Origin: the human T2T-CHM13v2.0 reference genome, Homo sapiens
Assembly: GCF_009914755.1 (NCBI RefSeq)
Contig: NC_060945.1
DNA: 64,000 nucleotides
Reading direction: 5' to 3' (one strand)
The notes under the pieces are model-generated. The model was not told the DNA's origin and did no database searches. It was given only the letters and a program-made list of their open reading frames with translations. Positions 25,541 to 39,450 of this stretch are shown in pieces. Numbering within the stretch: the stretch's first letter is position 1; every line of letters begins with the position of its first letter. The translations under genes were made by a program, and so were the position numbers.

Positions 25541-28119
25541 CGTTTGCTGAAGTTATTTGAATGGACTAAATGATCTCTCCAGATCTGTTCTCTTGATGCA
25601 GTTCTTTAAATTTTGTTCCCACTTAGCACATTTTTCAGTTTAGTTCATTTTTTCCTCTGACTTTGTGGCATTTTAATTTCCCATTGTGGTGAATTAACTA
25701 AATGTGAGCTTGTTTTTAACAAAAGAGGAGTCCATGCATGGACCACCATGGATAAAAGGAAAAGATTAGGGTCAGACATGCACAGGTGGTGAAAGCCAAC
25801 CACATGAGGAGTTTTCAGGTTATATGATAATTGATATAATGGAACAAGCCCTTTCTTGAAACAGAAGCCATCTCCACATTTAGAGCAGAGTAAGAACTTG
25901 TCCAGGTTGCCTTCGGAGTCTCTAGCTCCATCACGCAAAAGTGAGTAAACAAATAAAATACAAGATATCCACATCTTTCCATTTTGAGCCCATAGGTCTA
26001 TTAGATACCAAGCAAAGCAGACTGGTATTGATACTTTGTCTCTCCCAATAAACTAGTCAACACAAAGGCCACCTTAAAATATAATAACATACAACTTTGT
26101 TCTAATTCATCATGCAAAGTTCAATGAATGCTTCACAATAGGGAGTTTTCAAAGATTCTTTGATGAGTGGGATGGACTTTCTGAGTCTGATGCACAAACA
26201 CTCATCTAGGTCATTCATAATTATTACCTCTTCTTAATTTCCTGTTAGGAATCTACTGCCAAACCCTATGTTTTCCTGAGAATGGCTGTGGAGGTCACCA
26301 TTTATCTTCTATTCACATTTGCCACTACTCCAAGTCTCCATCTCCCAAATCAGTATTACTCTCATCATCTGTTTAACATGCCGTTCTGCCCCAGTGTGTC
26401 CTACTTCTGATATCATCTTGCAAACACAGCAGCCAGAGAGAATCATACTAAAGCACTGCTTTGTCATGTTACTACCCTAAAATGGCTCCAAATTTCCTTT
26501 AAGGTAAAGTGAAAGTAACTGTGGATCTCAGATTCTCCCTAAATGAATGCAATCCTTCTCTCCAATTTTTATGCTGGTTCCTAAGGCAAACTCGTAGCTC
26601 CAGTGAGCTGGTCATCTTGTTCTTTTCCATATATGAAAAAATTCTGTTGTCGTGACATAGAAGCTCAGCTGTGCCTTCTACCACCCACCTAATGTCTTCG
26701 TCTATCCAAGTTGTATCTACACTTTTGAGTTCAGATAAAATCTCAAATCCTGCATCATATCATTTGTTTCTCTTTGAGGTTCTCTGAGCACTAAAATTCT
26801 CAACTTCTGCATTCACTGGCCTTCTTCTCCTATGCCCTGCTGGTGCACCTAAAGTTCTTATCACAGAAATCAGTCCTTCATTGCCCTTTCTGTGGATAAA
26901 GATGCTCTCATTCAAGATAAATTTTACAGAGCTCCTTCTTCAATTTCAAATGTTTCCATTTATCTCCTAAGTAAACTGTAACTTCCGTGATGGAACCCAC
27001 ATTTTCATCCAGTGCTAACTTTATAGTAGGCACGTCTATGGATTTTACATGGATTTTTTAATATTATTTCATCCATTCTTACTAATCTAAGATGTAAATA
27101 TTATTATTATCTGAACTTCACAGATAAAGGAAGTGAGACAGTGAAGTTGTAAAAAGCCAGATTTACCCTAAAGAAAGAGCTATCAAGTGGAGAAGCTAAA
27201 ATTCAGATTCTCCTCTCATTCCAAAGCCCATGATCTTTCCCTGACAATATCAAACATCTTCCAAACTATCCTTTAAATCTTTATGACTGAGTTTAAATTA
27301 TTTAGATGTTTAGAACAAAATACCATTTTGTAACAAGAAGTTTTTTTTTAAATCTCAAATCTTTCTTAGGCAAACAGAATTGCAGTTAAAAAATTAAAAA
27401 AAAACATGAATGTTATGAAGTAGAATAAATAATTTTCTATTAAATAGAAATGGCTAGTGTTGATGATCATGGCATGTTGCCAGTGTGTAATGAGTCTGAG
27501 AAATCAAAACCTCAGAAGCTGAATCAAGCCAAACCCCTGAACTGGCTAAATGATATATTCTGAAGGATACATGAGGAGGAAAAATGAAGGGTGGGAGTTT
27601 TCCAAGGTTAATTACAGAACAATCATCTAGGAACAAGGCAGTGAGAACAGGGAGGTCTGGTATGCAATGTATGCTGAAGGGCTGGAACCAACACATTGAA
27701 GATATTATTCAAGTACAGTTCATTATTTAAGAACCCATTGCCCTCTGAATACTTTAAAGGTCGGGGTCAACTTTATACCAGACTTCATTTGCATTCTTTG
27801 TTAATTTAGAAATGTTCTCTTGAGTACCTCTTTAAGCCTCTCATTGTATAGTGTATAGGTACTCTATTATAAACATTCAGATTAATCAGCCAACTTTACC
27901 CAGGCCATGGTCTTTTTCTTGGCATTGTGCTAGGTGACCCAGAAAGTGCATAAATGTAAGATATATATGATATGATATTATAGATAGATGAATAGATACT
28001 ATTTATTAAGCATCTATTATATGATCAATACTTATGATATTTTCCATAACCTTCTGTTACATGTGGAAGGTAGAGGGAGTAGCAGCTTCCATTTTACAAA
28101 CAAAGAAACTGAGGTATAA

Positions 28120-28506
<387 letters not shown>

Positions 28507-28600
28507 TCTCTCTTTCTCTTTTAAAACTTGATTTTCTTTTACCTCAAGATAAATTTCATTACGCTGGGGAACAAACAGCTCCAAAATTTCATCACCCAGC

Positions 28601-28762
28601 AACTCTCCAAGGCAACTGTCCTCTTGTGGAGGCTCCGCATTGCAGGCTGCCAGGCTCGCAAAGCACCTCCACATCTACAGGAACTCTCCAAGGCAACTGT
28701 CCCCATGTGGAGGCTCCGCATTGCAGGCTGCCAGGCTCGTAAAGCACCTCCACATCTACAGG
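28601..28762. repeat. 81-bp tandem duplication (2 copies, 3 mismatches)
   Basis: aactctccaaggcaactgtc...cacatctacagg at 28601-28681 and 28682-28762. Confidence 0.95.
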
Positions 28763-28907
28763 GGCTTCCACAGCGGGGAAGAGTGTGGGGAGACACACAC
28801 CACTCTACATGCCTCAACTCAGAAGGGACGCCCTCCATTTCTGCTCTCATTTTGTTGCCCAATGCAAGTCACATGGAAACACCTAAATTCAAGGAGGTAT
28901 TTGCTTG

Positions 28908-29763
28908 TGATATGGAGAGGAGGCAGGGAAATACTGGGTAGAAGAGGACAGTTCCCTGGCAAAAGCAACGGTAGTAGAACAGTGGGGAGAGGGGGAGGGC
29001 ATTAAGCAATTTCAGTAATTCAGGATGAGATAATTGCATCTTGAGCCATTGTAATTCCACTCTCAAGCCTGGAAACCCATGATCCTAATTAGGAACAGGC
29101 ATTCTTGTTTTCAAGCCTAAAAGTTGCCTTTTGGCCCGCCCCATTCCCCTCTTCTCTACCCATATAAACCCCAAACCCCAGGCTCCATGAGCAGAAGATA
29201 AGAGGGGCAGAAGAGCAGCAGAGTAGCAGAGTGGTGTGGCAGAGAAGGAGAGGAGAAAAGGAGTATCTGAACATCGAGAGGAGTTTGTCTGGGGGCATTC
29301 AGAGAGGAGATCAGCAGCAGGAAGGCTGATCTGGTGAAGATCATCTTCCCACTCCATCCCATTTCCAGCTCCCCATCCATCCCGCTGAGAACCACCTCTA
29401 TCCAGCAATAAAATCCCCCACATTTACCATCCTTCAATTTGTTCATGTGGCTTGATTCTTCCTGGATGCCAGACAAGAACTTAGGTAGCAAGAGGGCACT
29501 GAGCCGGCTAACACTTAAGCCATCTGTGAATGACAGAGCTAAAAGAGCACTGTAACACACCCACTGGGGCTTTGAGAGTCACAGGCACCCACGCCTAGAT
29601 GCTACCATGGGGCCACAGCCCAGAAGCGCTCACCCTGGCTCCTGCACCTGCCCATCTGTGTGTTCCCCCTCCCATAACGGGTTTGAGTATGTGGCAGCTG
29701 AACACACAAACCGTGCCTCTGTTGCATGTCCTGTCAGGGGAGTCAGGGAGCTCTCTCATTTCA
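28908..29763 (+). mobile_element. ERV1 solo LTR, LTR1-family (HUERS-P2-type), carrying a 93-bp foreign insertion
   Basis: tgatatggagaggaggcagggaaatactgggtagaagagg...ctctctcatttca. Perfect TSD cttg. Confidence 0.85.
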
Positions 29764-31049
29764 CTTGGAAAGAGATAATGACAAATCTCAAAAATATACA
29801 TTATACCTCCATGAAATACATTGTATTACAACAATATACCTCAACAATTTATATTCTGTTTCAATTCAATAGGTAGGTAGTAAGTCTTTACTTAAAATGT
29901 TTTGCTAAGAGCAAAAGTGATAGGACTTGGTTCCTGATATGAAGGGATTGACAGTCTGATAAGGATAGTAAATCCTATAAAAATAAAATGTATTAACAAA
30001 GAAGGACAAGGAATATTTGAACTCAGAAGAAATAAAGGCAACTTGGATCTGGGGATATTAAGGAAGGTTTAAGGCATTTAAATGGTTTTTTTGGAGAATT
30101 AGTAGGATTTTATTAGGAAATACAAGGAAGAAAGTCCTTCTAGATGAAGAAAGAAAAGGGATAAAGATGTAATAGGACATTTTACTTGTGGCATAGCTAC
30201 CAAGGGCAAGTGACTTAAGACATCCTCCTCCTCCATCCCTGGGGCAAAGCAAGGCTTCTTCAGTGGTGATGGGAAGGGACAGGAAATTTGTAAGAGTTCC
30301 CTGCCCTGTGACTACCTGCTTTGTCTGGTTTTTGCTTTCACACTGCTTCCATTAACATATTTTTATCATAGCCAGCACAAGGAATATTCTAGAGTATTAT
30401 GTTATTTTGTGTTTAAAGGGTCCTACTTTTGGAAAATATTTATAAGGGGAGATGACCCTCCTGGCTCCATAAACAGCTACTCATGTGCCCCTTCCCCAAC
30501 ATATTCATTCACTTTTGGGTTTGGAGGCCACTGAAAAGTGGCCTGAAACTGATTTCTAATTAACCAACCCAGGAAGCTGAGAAGTCACACACAGGTAAAG
30601 GGATTGGACCTCTGACCAACTCGGAGATTCATGGAGAACATGTCAATGGAATGGAATAGCTATTGTCCCAAAGCCAGAAATGATAACGGAAATTCTAATA
30701 GAAAACTTACTATATGTAAACAGAGATTTTGAACTGAAAGGCTGGACTCAATGTCCAAGATATAGGTAATGCATGCGCCAGGTATATACTCAACTACTAT
30801 GAAATTATTCCTAACTCAGGCCTGGAGATGGGTTATGGAACCTGGAAGAAACGCTCAGTTGTCTGATTTGAAAGTGCAAAGGCCAGTGCTTACTCAGAAA
30901 CACTGCTAAGTGTCCCACAAAACTGGTGAAACCATTTAGAGGAGACCCTCAGGAAAAATTCTGTGTGGCAGCCACAACTGCCATCCATCTAGCTCAAGTG
31001 GCCAGTCACACGTCACACTTCCATTGCATCAGGTTCACATAACCTTCTC

Positions 31050-32090
31050 ATGAAGTAAATTTTCTGGTGATGGAGAGACAGATCGTATAGAAATACATGT
31101 GTATAACAGTTAGTAAGTCAAATGATAGAAGTTGCTGTGGAGATAAACATGGCAAGGAAAAGAGGCAGGGCACATCTGTGAGAGTTTACAATTTTTAATA
31201 GAATGATCAGAAAAGATCTCACTGAAAGGTAAGTTTGATAAAAGGTTACAGGGAGTGAGGGCGCAAGCCCTGTGTTTCCTTAGGGCAAGAACATTTTAAT
31301 CAGAGAGAAAAGCAAATGAAATTTCTGCAACAGAAGCATGCATGTTTGTTTTCAAGGAACACTGGAATCTAGTGAGGCTGGGGTGGAGTTAGCAAGGGGA
31401 GAGTTTACCAAAAGAAGTCAGAAAGACAGCAGTTTGTGCAGTGCATTATAAAGACTTTGGCGTTTACTCTGGAGATCTAGAAACTTTTTAAAACATTTTG
31501 AGCCAAGATGTGATATGAAAAGGCTGACATATTTCAAAGGCTCTCCCAAGCCGCCATGTTGAGATTAGACAACAGCAGAGCAGTAGTACAACGGTGGGGA
31601 GTGGGGGAGGGCATTAAGCAATTTCAGTAATTCAGGTATGAGATAATGGCATCTTGAGCCATTGTAATTGTGGAGCTAATGAGAGGTGGTCACATTTTAG
31701 ATACGTTTTGAAGGTGAAGTTGTCAAGATTTGCCGAGATTTGCATGTGAGATGAGAAACAAGTGCCCAGAATTACACCAAAGTTTTTAGTCTCAGAAATG
31801 GAAAGGATAAAGTTGTCATTAACTGGAGTGGGGAAGACTATGAGAGGAGCAAGGTGTGGGGAGTAAAATTGTGACTTATGTTTTTGGAACATCCAAGTGG
31901 AGATATCAACTTGATGTGTGAATCTGAAGGTCAAAGGAGAGGTCCAAGCTAAAAATGTAAACTTAGGGGTCATCAGGATGTGGATGGTATTTTAAAAAAT
32001 AAGCATGGACTATATCACTGAAGAGTCAATGTAATGGGAGAGAGGTTGGAAGACTGAGCCCTGGACCACTGCAATATTTAGAGGTCTACC
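31050..32090 (-). mobile_element. L2 fragment
   Basis: Antisense L2 motifs (aagactttggcgtttactct; gagataatggcatcttga; aacatccaagtggagatatc; gactgagccctgg). Confidence 0.8.
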
Positions 32091-32499
32091 TAGTTCTCGA
32101 AAGTCAGCCCGGAACCAGATTTTACAGGGTAGACTGGGATATACGCCCCATAGTAAGATATCAGTTTAGGTCTTAGTCACATGACGATGTCTGTATGCTT
32201 TTACAACCCTAGATTAAATGCTTGATATGAGCCACAGCCCCAAACAATGATAATCAGTAATATCTTTCAAGCCCACCCCAGCCTCCTAAACCCTTAGACC
32301 ATTTTATATAAACACTCTTAGGCTTTAGCCCAGTTGCCTATTCATAGCTTTAGTCCCACTTAACACTTTGTGTTGTCTTCCATTTATGTACATAGAAATA
32401 TTTGTTTACCTTGTTTGTGAGCATGATTGTGTAATTGATTTCCATTTTGTATTTTATCTGTGCATGTGCTTGAATCAGAAGTATGTGACGGAATAAATT

Positions 32500-33075
32500 T
32501 ACTAGTCCATCTTGACCTCGTCTTTTCATAGGCATTCAGTACAGTTGGCTTCTTCTTTCTTGCTGAACACTTTCTTGGCAATGGCTTCTATTCCACCACA
32601 TGATCCCCATTTTCTCCTGCTTTCAGGGCTATTTCTCTGGTCCTTTGCTATTTCACTTTTCCTATCCTAGAACTCTAAATGTGGGAGTTTCTTAGGGCTT
32701 ATTCTCCAAGCCCTCATCTTCACAATCTATACTCTCTCCTTCAACAATCTCATCTGTACATCTGGTTTGAAATACCATTTATATGCTAATTACTTTCATA
32801 TTCATATCTCCCTTCCCGGCCTCTCTTCTAAACTCCAAACTTGAATATTTACCTACATACACATTTGATTCTTAGAAGCACCCCAGATTAGAGTTGTTCA
32901 AAATGAAATTTTTGACCTTTCCTTCCAATCTAGTTTTCTTCCAGTATTTCTGATTTTAGCAACCACCCAGTGGTTTATGCCAGGAAGAAGCATTTCATCT
33001 TTAACACTTTTTTCTCCTTTATTTCCGTATTCATATCACCATAAAATCTTGCAATTCAACCTCCAAAATATATGG
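32500..33075 (+). mobile_element. L2 fragment
   Basis: ggtttgaaataccatttatatgctaattactttca...ctctcttctaaactccaaact, typical of the L2 sense strand. Confidence 0.7.
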
Positions 33076-34149
33076 TAAGCCCATAATTTTATAAAATATC
33101 TATGTAAGGCAAAGCCTGAAGTTCTGTGAAACAATATGAAGCTAATGGAGCCTCTTAGAAGTTGCACTGTAAATGAGTATCATTTGATCTTGGATGAAAC
33201 AAAATAAAAATATTACACCTAATTCCTTTCTTTTGGGATTGAAATGGTAAACTTCTAAAGTTAGAACGGACTTTAGGGGCATCTTGCCATATTCACTGTC
33301 TTTGTAATAAAAAACTAAAACCCAGGGAGAAAAGTGACTATCTGAGGTTCCTACAATTAGTAATGAAAGAGGATTAGCACCTACGTCTCCCAATTCAGTC
33401 CAGTGCTCTTTCACAGCACCAAATTGGCAGACATCCATGACTAAGCTCTGATAAATATGAGGCTTATGCCATACAAATAGTCTCTTTTATATCTGTTATT
33501 TCCTGAAAAAGTAAGACAAAAGTGGCTTTGTAGGTATTTGCAGCTCTGTATTAGTAGGGTGGATTTAGTTTTTGTCTTAGCATAAACATGATTTTACTTA
33601 CGAAACACTGATCTTAAAACAAATAAGCAAACTAACAAATGACCTAGCTTAAATATAGCTCAGGCTAAAGTAATGCAATTATTTTAGGTAAATGGTATTT
33701 GTATATTTGTGTAAGGTCTAAGATTTTGGAAGAAAACTTCTGGGCAATCAATGGCCTTTTGCCGTCTCTACCTCATCTCTTCCTAGACTCCATTACTGCT
33801 TTCAGAACTATTCTGTTATAAGCTTTAAAAACAGATTACCATCCTTTATTTGATACAGAAGATAATCCTGTTGATGTTTTTGAAACCAAGTTGTCTACAA
33901 ATCTGATCCACTTAAATAAAATATGATAACAAAACTGTGCCTGTCAGTCTCTGAAGAAACTGAGAGTAGAATTAACAAAATGTAATTAAGGTAATCCAAG
34001 TAAAGATTAAGGCAGTCGATGACAAAATTATTTTCCTATAGAATAGAGTTGTATTTCTGAGTGGAAGCTCAAATTCTCCTCTCTTTACCTTGGTGGAATC
34101 CTATTATTACTTTGATTCAAGTATATCTTTGCAATTAAACTGCTATTAA

Positions 34150-34916
34150 TTATATGGAAATGAGACAGGAAAATACTGTGTAGAAGAGGGCAGTTCCCCT
34201 GCAAAGGCCCCACACTCAAGCCTGAAAACCCATGACCCTAAATGGGAACAGGCATTTCTGTTTTTGCACCCAAAAGTTGCCTTTTGGCCCACCATGCCCC
34301 CCCATCTTGTACTCATATAAACCCCAGATCCCAGGTTCCAGAAGCACACAAGGCAGAGACGAACAGAAGAGTAGAAGAATGGCAGAACAGCACAGCAGAG
34401 AGAAGAGAAGGAACATCCAAATGCCAAGAAGAGTTTGGCTGGGGGCGGTCAAAGAGAGATTGGCTGCTGGATAGCCAAACTCCAGAAGATCATCTTCCCA
34501 CTCCATTCCCTTTCCAGCTCCCCATCCATCGCACTGAGAGCTACCTCCACCACTCAATAAAACCCCTGCATTTATCCTTCAAGTCCGTGTATGACCTGAT
34601 TCTTACTGAACATCAGACAAGGACCTGGGTACCAAGAGGGCACTGAGTTGGTTAACACTTAAGCCATCTGCAGATGGCAAAGCTAAAGGAGTGCACTGTA
34701 ACACATGCCATGCCAACTTTGGCTTCAGGAGTTGGAGACACCCACCCCTAGATGCTACTGTGGGATTGGAGCCCCAAAGTGCTTGCCCAAGCTCCTGCAC
34801 CTACCCATCTGCATGCTCCCCCTTCTGTAAAGGGTTTGAGTGCATAGCAGCTGAACACACAAGCCACACCCCTGTTGCACATCCTGCAAAGGGCGTCAGG
34901 GAGCTCTCTTGTTTCA
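34150..34916 (+). mobile_element. Second LTR1-family solo LTR
   Basis: Colinear with 28908-29763 (gaaaatactgtgtagaagagggcagttcccctgcaaaggccccac...ctcttgtttca). TSD ttaa/ctaa. Confidence 0.85.
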
Positions 34917-35199
34917 CTAATAGAAACTATTAGAGTGAAATCCTATATTATTTTTAAATTCTAAGCTTGAAGTTTTAGATAAATAATATTTATCATAGGA
35001 ATGGGACTATGCAACTTAGTTCCATTAATAAAAATAGTGAAATGAAGTCTATTTGTTTTATCCAATGTAAGAATGTTTAAGAATATGCCTTTAATTGACA
35101 TCTAACTTTGGACTTTGGCAAAAGAAGAGTCATTAAAACAAATACTGTTTATGTTGTCACATACCTAATTTTGGCTGCATGTTTTAAAATCATATGGTT

Positions 35200-35430
35200 G
35201 TGGATCATCAGGGTTAAGGGTATAGACTTTAGGTTCAGAAAAATCTGGTTTAAATCTTGCCTCAGTCACTTCCTCATGATTGAACAAATTACTTAATACT
35301 TGTAAGTCTCTTTCAAGTCATCTGCAAAGCTGTAATAATTATTTCTCCCTAAGAATGTTACTGTGAATATTCAAGTAGATAATATATTCAAGGTCTTAAG
35401 CACAGTACTTAGCACATAGAAAAGGATCAA
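35200..35430 (+). mobile_element. MIR
   Basis: ctggtttaaatcttgcctcagtcacttcc...acaaattacttaa...tcatctgcaaa...cttagcacatag. Confidence 0.7.
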
Positions 35431-35602
35431 ACCATAAATATTTATATGTGAATAAATTAATGAATGAATGATATAGGTGAATCTTGCTATTTATATTTAT
35501 GGCATAAAAAGGAACCTGAAATGTAATGTATACATTTTATATCCTGGTGGATTTGTATTCTATTAATGATAATAATAGTGATAGTCACCACCTTTTGGTC
35601 TC

Positions 35603-36066
35603 TCTATTAGTTTCCTGTAACTTCTTTAATAAAGTACTACAAACTGCATGGCTTAAATTTGCAGAAATTTATTCTTTTACAGTTCTGGTGGTAAGAAATC
35701 TCAAATCAAGGTGTTGCCAGGGCCACACTTCCTCTGGAGGCTCTAGCAGAAAATCCTTTTTGTGCCTCTTTCAGATTCTGGTAGCTGCTGGCATTCCTTG
35801 GCTGGGACCATATTCTAATTTCTGCCGCCAGGGTCACATTGGCTCCTCCTGTTCTGTGTCAAATATCTCACTGTCTCACCTTTATAAAAGCACTTGTGAT
35901 TGGATTTAGGGCCTTTATAGATAATCCAGGATGATCACCTTATCTAAAAAATCCTTCACTTAATTACATCTACAAAGACCCTTTCTCCAAATAAGGTAAC
36001 ATTCACAGGTTCCCAAGATCAGAACATGAACATATCCTTTTGGGGGCCATCATTCAACTCACTATA
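35603..36066 (-). mobile_element. MaLR solo LTR (MLT1C-like)
   Basis: tattagtttcct...cagaaatttattctttt.cagttctgg...ataatccaggatgat...ccaaataaggtaacattcacagg...cattcaactcactata. Confidence 0.85.
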
Positions 36067-38286
36067 GTCTCTAGAGTTTGGCACCAAGAGTCACAAAATG
36101 GATATGCTTAGACCTTGCAATCTATTTATAGATATGAAAACATAATCACCACATAATATAGGATGTTTAATAGAATTATTTACAGTGTGCTAAGAGAAGA
36201 GAAATGATAAACTGACTAATTTCATCAGTAAAGCCACGGAGAGATTCATAGCAAAATTGCATTTGAGCTGGATTCTGATGGATGAGTAGGTATTTGTCTA
36301 AGAAGAGAAGAAAAAATTGTATGTTCAAATCTCAGGGAAGACCTCAAAGTAGAATTCTAAAAATATGTGGTGGGTTACGGAATAACCTGTATGGTGTGGG
36401 AGTGGGCTAGAATGTAGCTTGGTAAGATGAGCTCGTCTCAATTAGATCGAGACTTGTATGGCAAGATAAAGGGTTTTAAATATACCTGCAATCAACAAAA
36501 AATTCCTGGTACTTTTTTTTTATACAGCCAGAAAATGTTATTATCTCTTCTTCCCATGGAGGTTGGAATGGAGAGAAGACAGCAAGAAGTCTTGACTTTC
36601 AGGTAGAAGACACAATAGTCCAGGGGAGACCTAAGGTAGTGATAGTGAGGATAGAGAGAAGAAGTATATTTCAAAGCCGTGTCTAAGGCTGTAATACTAA
36701 GGCATATGCATAGAGAGGTCTCTCATTTGGGCAACTGATTAATACTAATAATAGAAATAGGGGCTAACATACAAATGCCTAATGTCCCCACAACACTAAA
36801 CCAATTATCATTACCTGAGGCCATCATGTTCCTTCAGACTTCCACACTATGGTATCTGAAGCCTCGTTCCTCTTTCATTCCGAACATTTCCATCTCTTCT
36901 ACCCCTGCGTTGTCTAAGCTAACCACTTAAGTTTAGTTCATGTGTTACTTCTTTCAAGAAATTCTCTCTGACCCACTAAAATTTAGTTTTGAACTTGGCC
37001 AATCTTGGTTGTAAGCCTTATCAAACTGTTTTTGAATTGCGTGTTTTATAGTCTTATCTGTGAATTCCTTTTAAGGCAGGGAACTTGACATTTATTTTTG
37101 CATTTCTAGCACCTAGATTTGGGCTTGGCTCACCGTAGGAGTGAAATGTAGTTTGGTGAATTTAAAAAAAGAATGTTGGTGGTGGAGTGGGGCCAGAGTA
37201 ATTAGCTAAAATTAGAGAGCTCTTGACCGCTGTTAGGTGGTGACAAATGCCTATGGGTCCACAGTCACTTAGTATTAGAAATAAGGTGAAGCCTAATGAT
37301 AGAAGTTGCAGGTTACTCCTTGCTGTTCATACTCCAGTTCGTTGACTGGCAAAGCCTGCAGTGCAGAATCTGTCCAACTCCTCTATTTGAAACCAACTTC
37401 TAGGCCTATCTTCTGGTCACTTCCTTTTCTTTTTCCAGCCACGTCTTGAAGCGACAAGGAAAAAGTAACAGATTGCAAAATATCAGACACTTCAAATCTA
37501 TTATTCCCTTTTATTTTTTATCACAAGGTACTGAAAAACATTTCCTCTCTGGGGATAGAAAAGGTGAACAGCTAAATATCTGACTCTAGCATCAGATCTA
37601 ACCCCAGAGCCTCATCATTATATTAAAATGAGAGAGTTTATGAGACAAGTTTAATTGGGCAAATAAAGAGCCTGTTAAGAGAAAGCAAGTATTAACCATC
37701 AACCATTTTGTCTTAGGCAACAAAAAATGTTTATAGCTACTCCTCAGCTGCAGAACCCATCGCGCCATAAGAGACATTACATGTTAATAAGGAGACGCTT
37801 TGGTGCAACTGTTATCTCTCTACGTGATTAAAAAATGCTTGAGGTGAAGTTACTTACCAAGGTTTTCCTACACTATAGCCCTTGGGAAATCATTTTTTAA
37901 AAGTTAAATAAGATAAAGTAGATTGAAGGAAATCACTGTTTCAAAATGTAAACGCGTGACATTTAGCATCTGCATTTTTTTAACGAGTGAGAATTACGTT
38001 TCACAATGTTCTGTTAATGCTGTTATGCGGATTAGTACAGACCTGGAGACTGAGAGAAATAAGGCATAGCCTAAAGAAACGAATCAGAAACCAATTAAAA
38101 CAAACTGTCAGGTTTAGTCTACGAGGCCCACTGCCCCCAAACATGTTCTTATTACGAATAAAGAGGTGCAGGTGAACATGTTTTTCAGGACTTTTATTTA
38201 ACTTCACTATAAGACAGTTATTAAGATTAATCCTGACTTTGGAGTAAAAACAAAGTGCTGAAAGCTCAATTTTAGGATAAAAAGTC

Positions 38287-38566
38287 GGCTGGGCATGGTG
38301 GCTCATACCTGTAATCTCAGCACTTTGGGAGGCCGAAGTGGGCGGATCACCTGATGTCAGGAGTTTGAGACTAGCCTGGCCAACATGGTGAAACCCTGTT
38401 TCTACTAAAAATACAAAAACTAACCGGGTGTGGTGGCAGGTGCCTATAATCCCAGCTACTTGGGAGCTGAGGCAGGAGAATCACCTGAACCAAGGAGGCG
38501 GAGGTTGTGGTGAGCCAAGATCACGCCACTTCACTCCAGCCTGGGCAAAAGAGTGAAACTCCATCT

Positions 38567-38602
<36 letters not shown>
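38287..38602 (+). mobile_element. AluS (Sx/Sq-like) with a long pure A-tail
   Basis: Dimeric Alu with an uninterrupted tail of ~35 A. Confidence 0.95.
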
Positions 38603-38605
<3 letters not shown>

Positions 38606-39109
38606 GAGCAACAAATAATATTAGGACCATAACTTATGCCTAATCTTCAGATATGTTAACTGACCATTTGGGGCCTGAAATGTTATATTCAATCTTAGTC
38701 TTAAAGTTATCAATTAGAAAATAGAAACATGTACTTCAATAGAATTATACTTTGCTCTCTTCTAGTTCCCATTCCCCAATAAATGAAGCAATTATCTAAT
38801 AGTTCAGTAGTTCCATTAGAAGGCATGGTCAGGACTGGAGTTTTCTGTATCATAAAACTAGGAAGAGGCTCTATAGGTATAGTCCTAGGAGATGCGGAAG
38901 ATGCTAACTACATAGACTGTTTGCAACAGCTGAGTGATCCTTTGATCAAATGATCAAATTAAGCATGTCTGATTCAAGCTAAGAGTGCAGGAGGGCTTCA
39001 AAAGGAATTTTCTCCTGAGATTTCAAAAGTCTTAGGGCATATACTTAAGGGCAGGGAGAACAAAGCAGTTGTCTTTTTACCTTACTTGTTCACTCTTGTG
39101 GAATAAGTT

Positions 39110-39450
39110 GAAGAAACCAGGCATGCTTATCCTGAAGAAGAGCTGGCTCTGTGGGAACATGATGCTGCTGTCAATTATTTGTAGGACTGTTTAGTGGAAG
39201 AGAGAGTAGACTCTTCCATATACAGAATCAAGAGATAAGACAAGGATGAGTTACAGAGAGATGGAGTTCTGAACATGAAAAGGAAGATGATCTTGCCAGC
39301 CTGAAATGTATGCCTACCTTGGAGATAGTGATCTCATCATCACTAGAAGCAACCAGGTATAGCCTAAATAGCCATTTATTGGATAGTGAGGAAATGAAAT
39401 TCAAGTCCTATGGGGTTGGGGTGGATTGATCTATTGATGACGCAAGAGAT
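39110..39450 (+). mobile_element. L3/CR1 LINE 3' remnant
   Basis: cctgaagaagagctggctctgtgggaacatgatgctgctgtcaattatttgtaggactgt..gtggaagagagagtagact resembles the L3 RT 3' region. Confidence 0.55.

Noticed and set aside
28908-34916. The two LTR1-type LTRs as ends of one provirus
   Set aside because: Each has its own distinct TSD (cttg; ttaa/ctaa), they are clearly diverged, and the 4.4 kb between them holds ancient L2/MIR sequence with no PBS, gag or pol.
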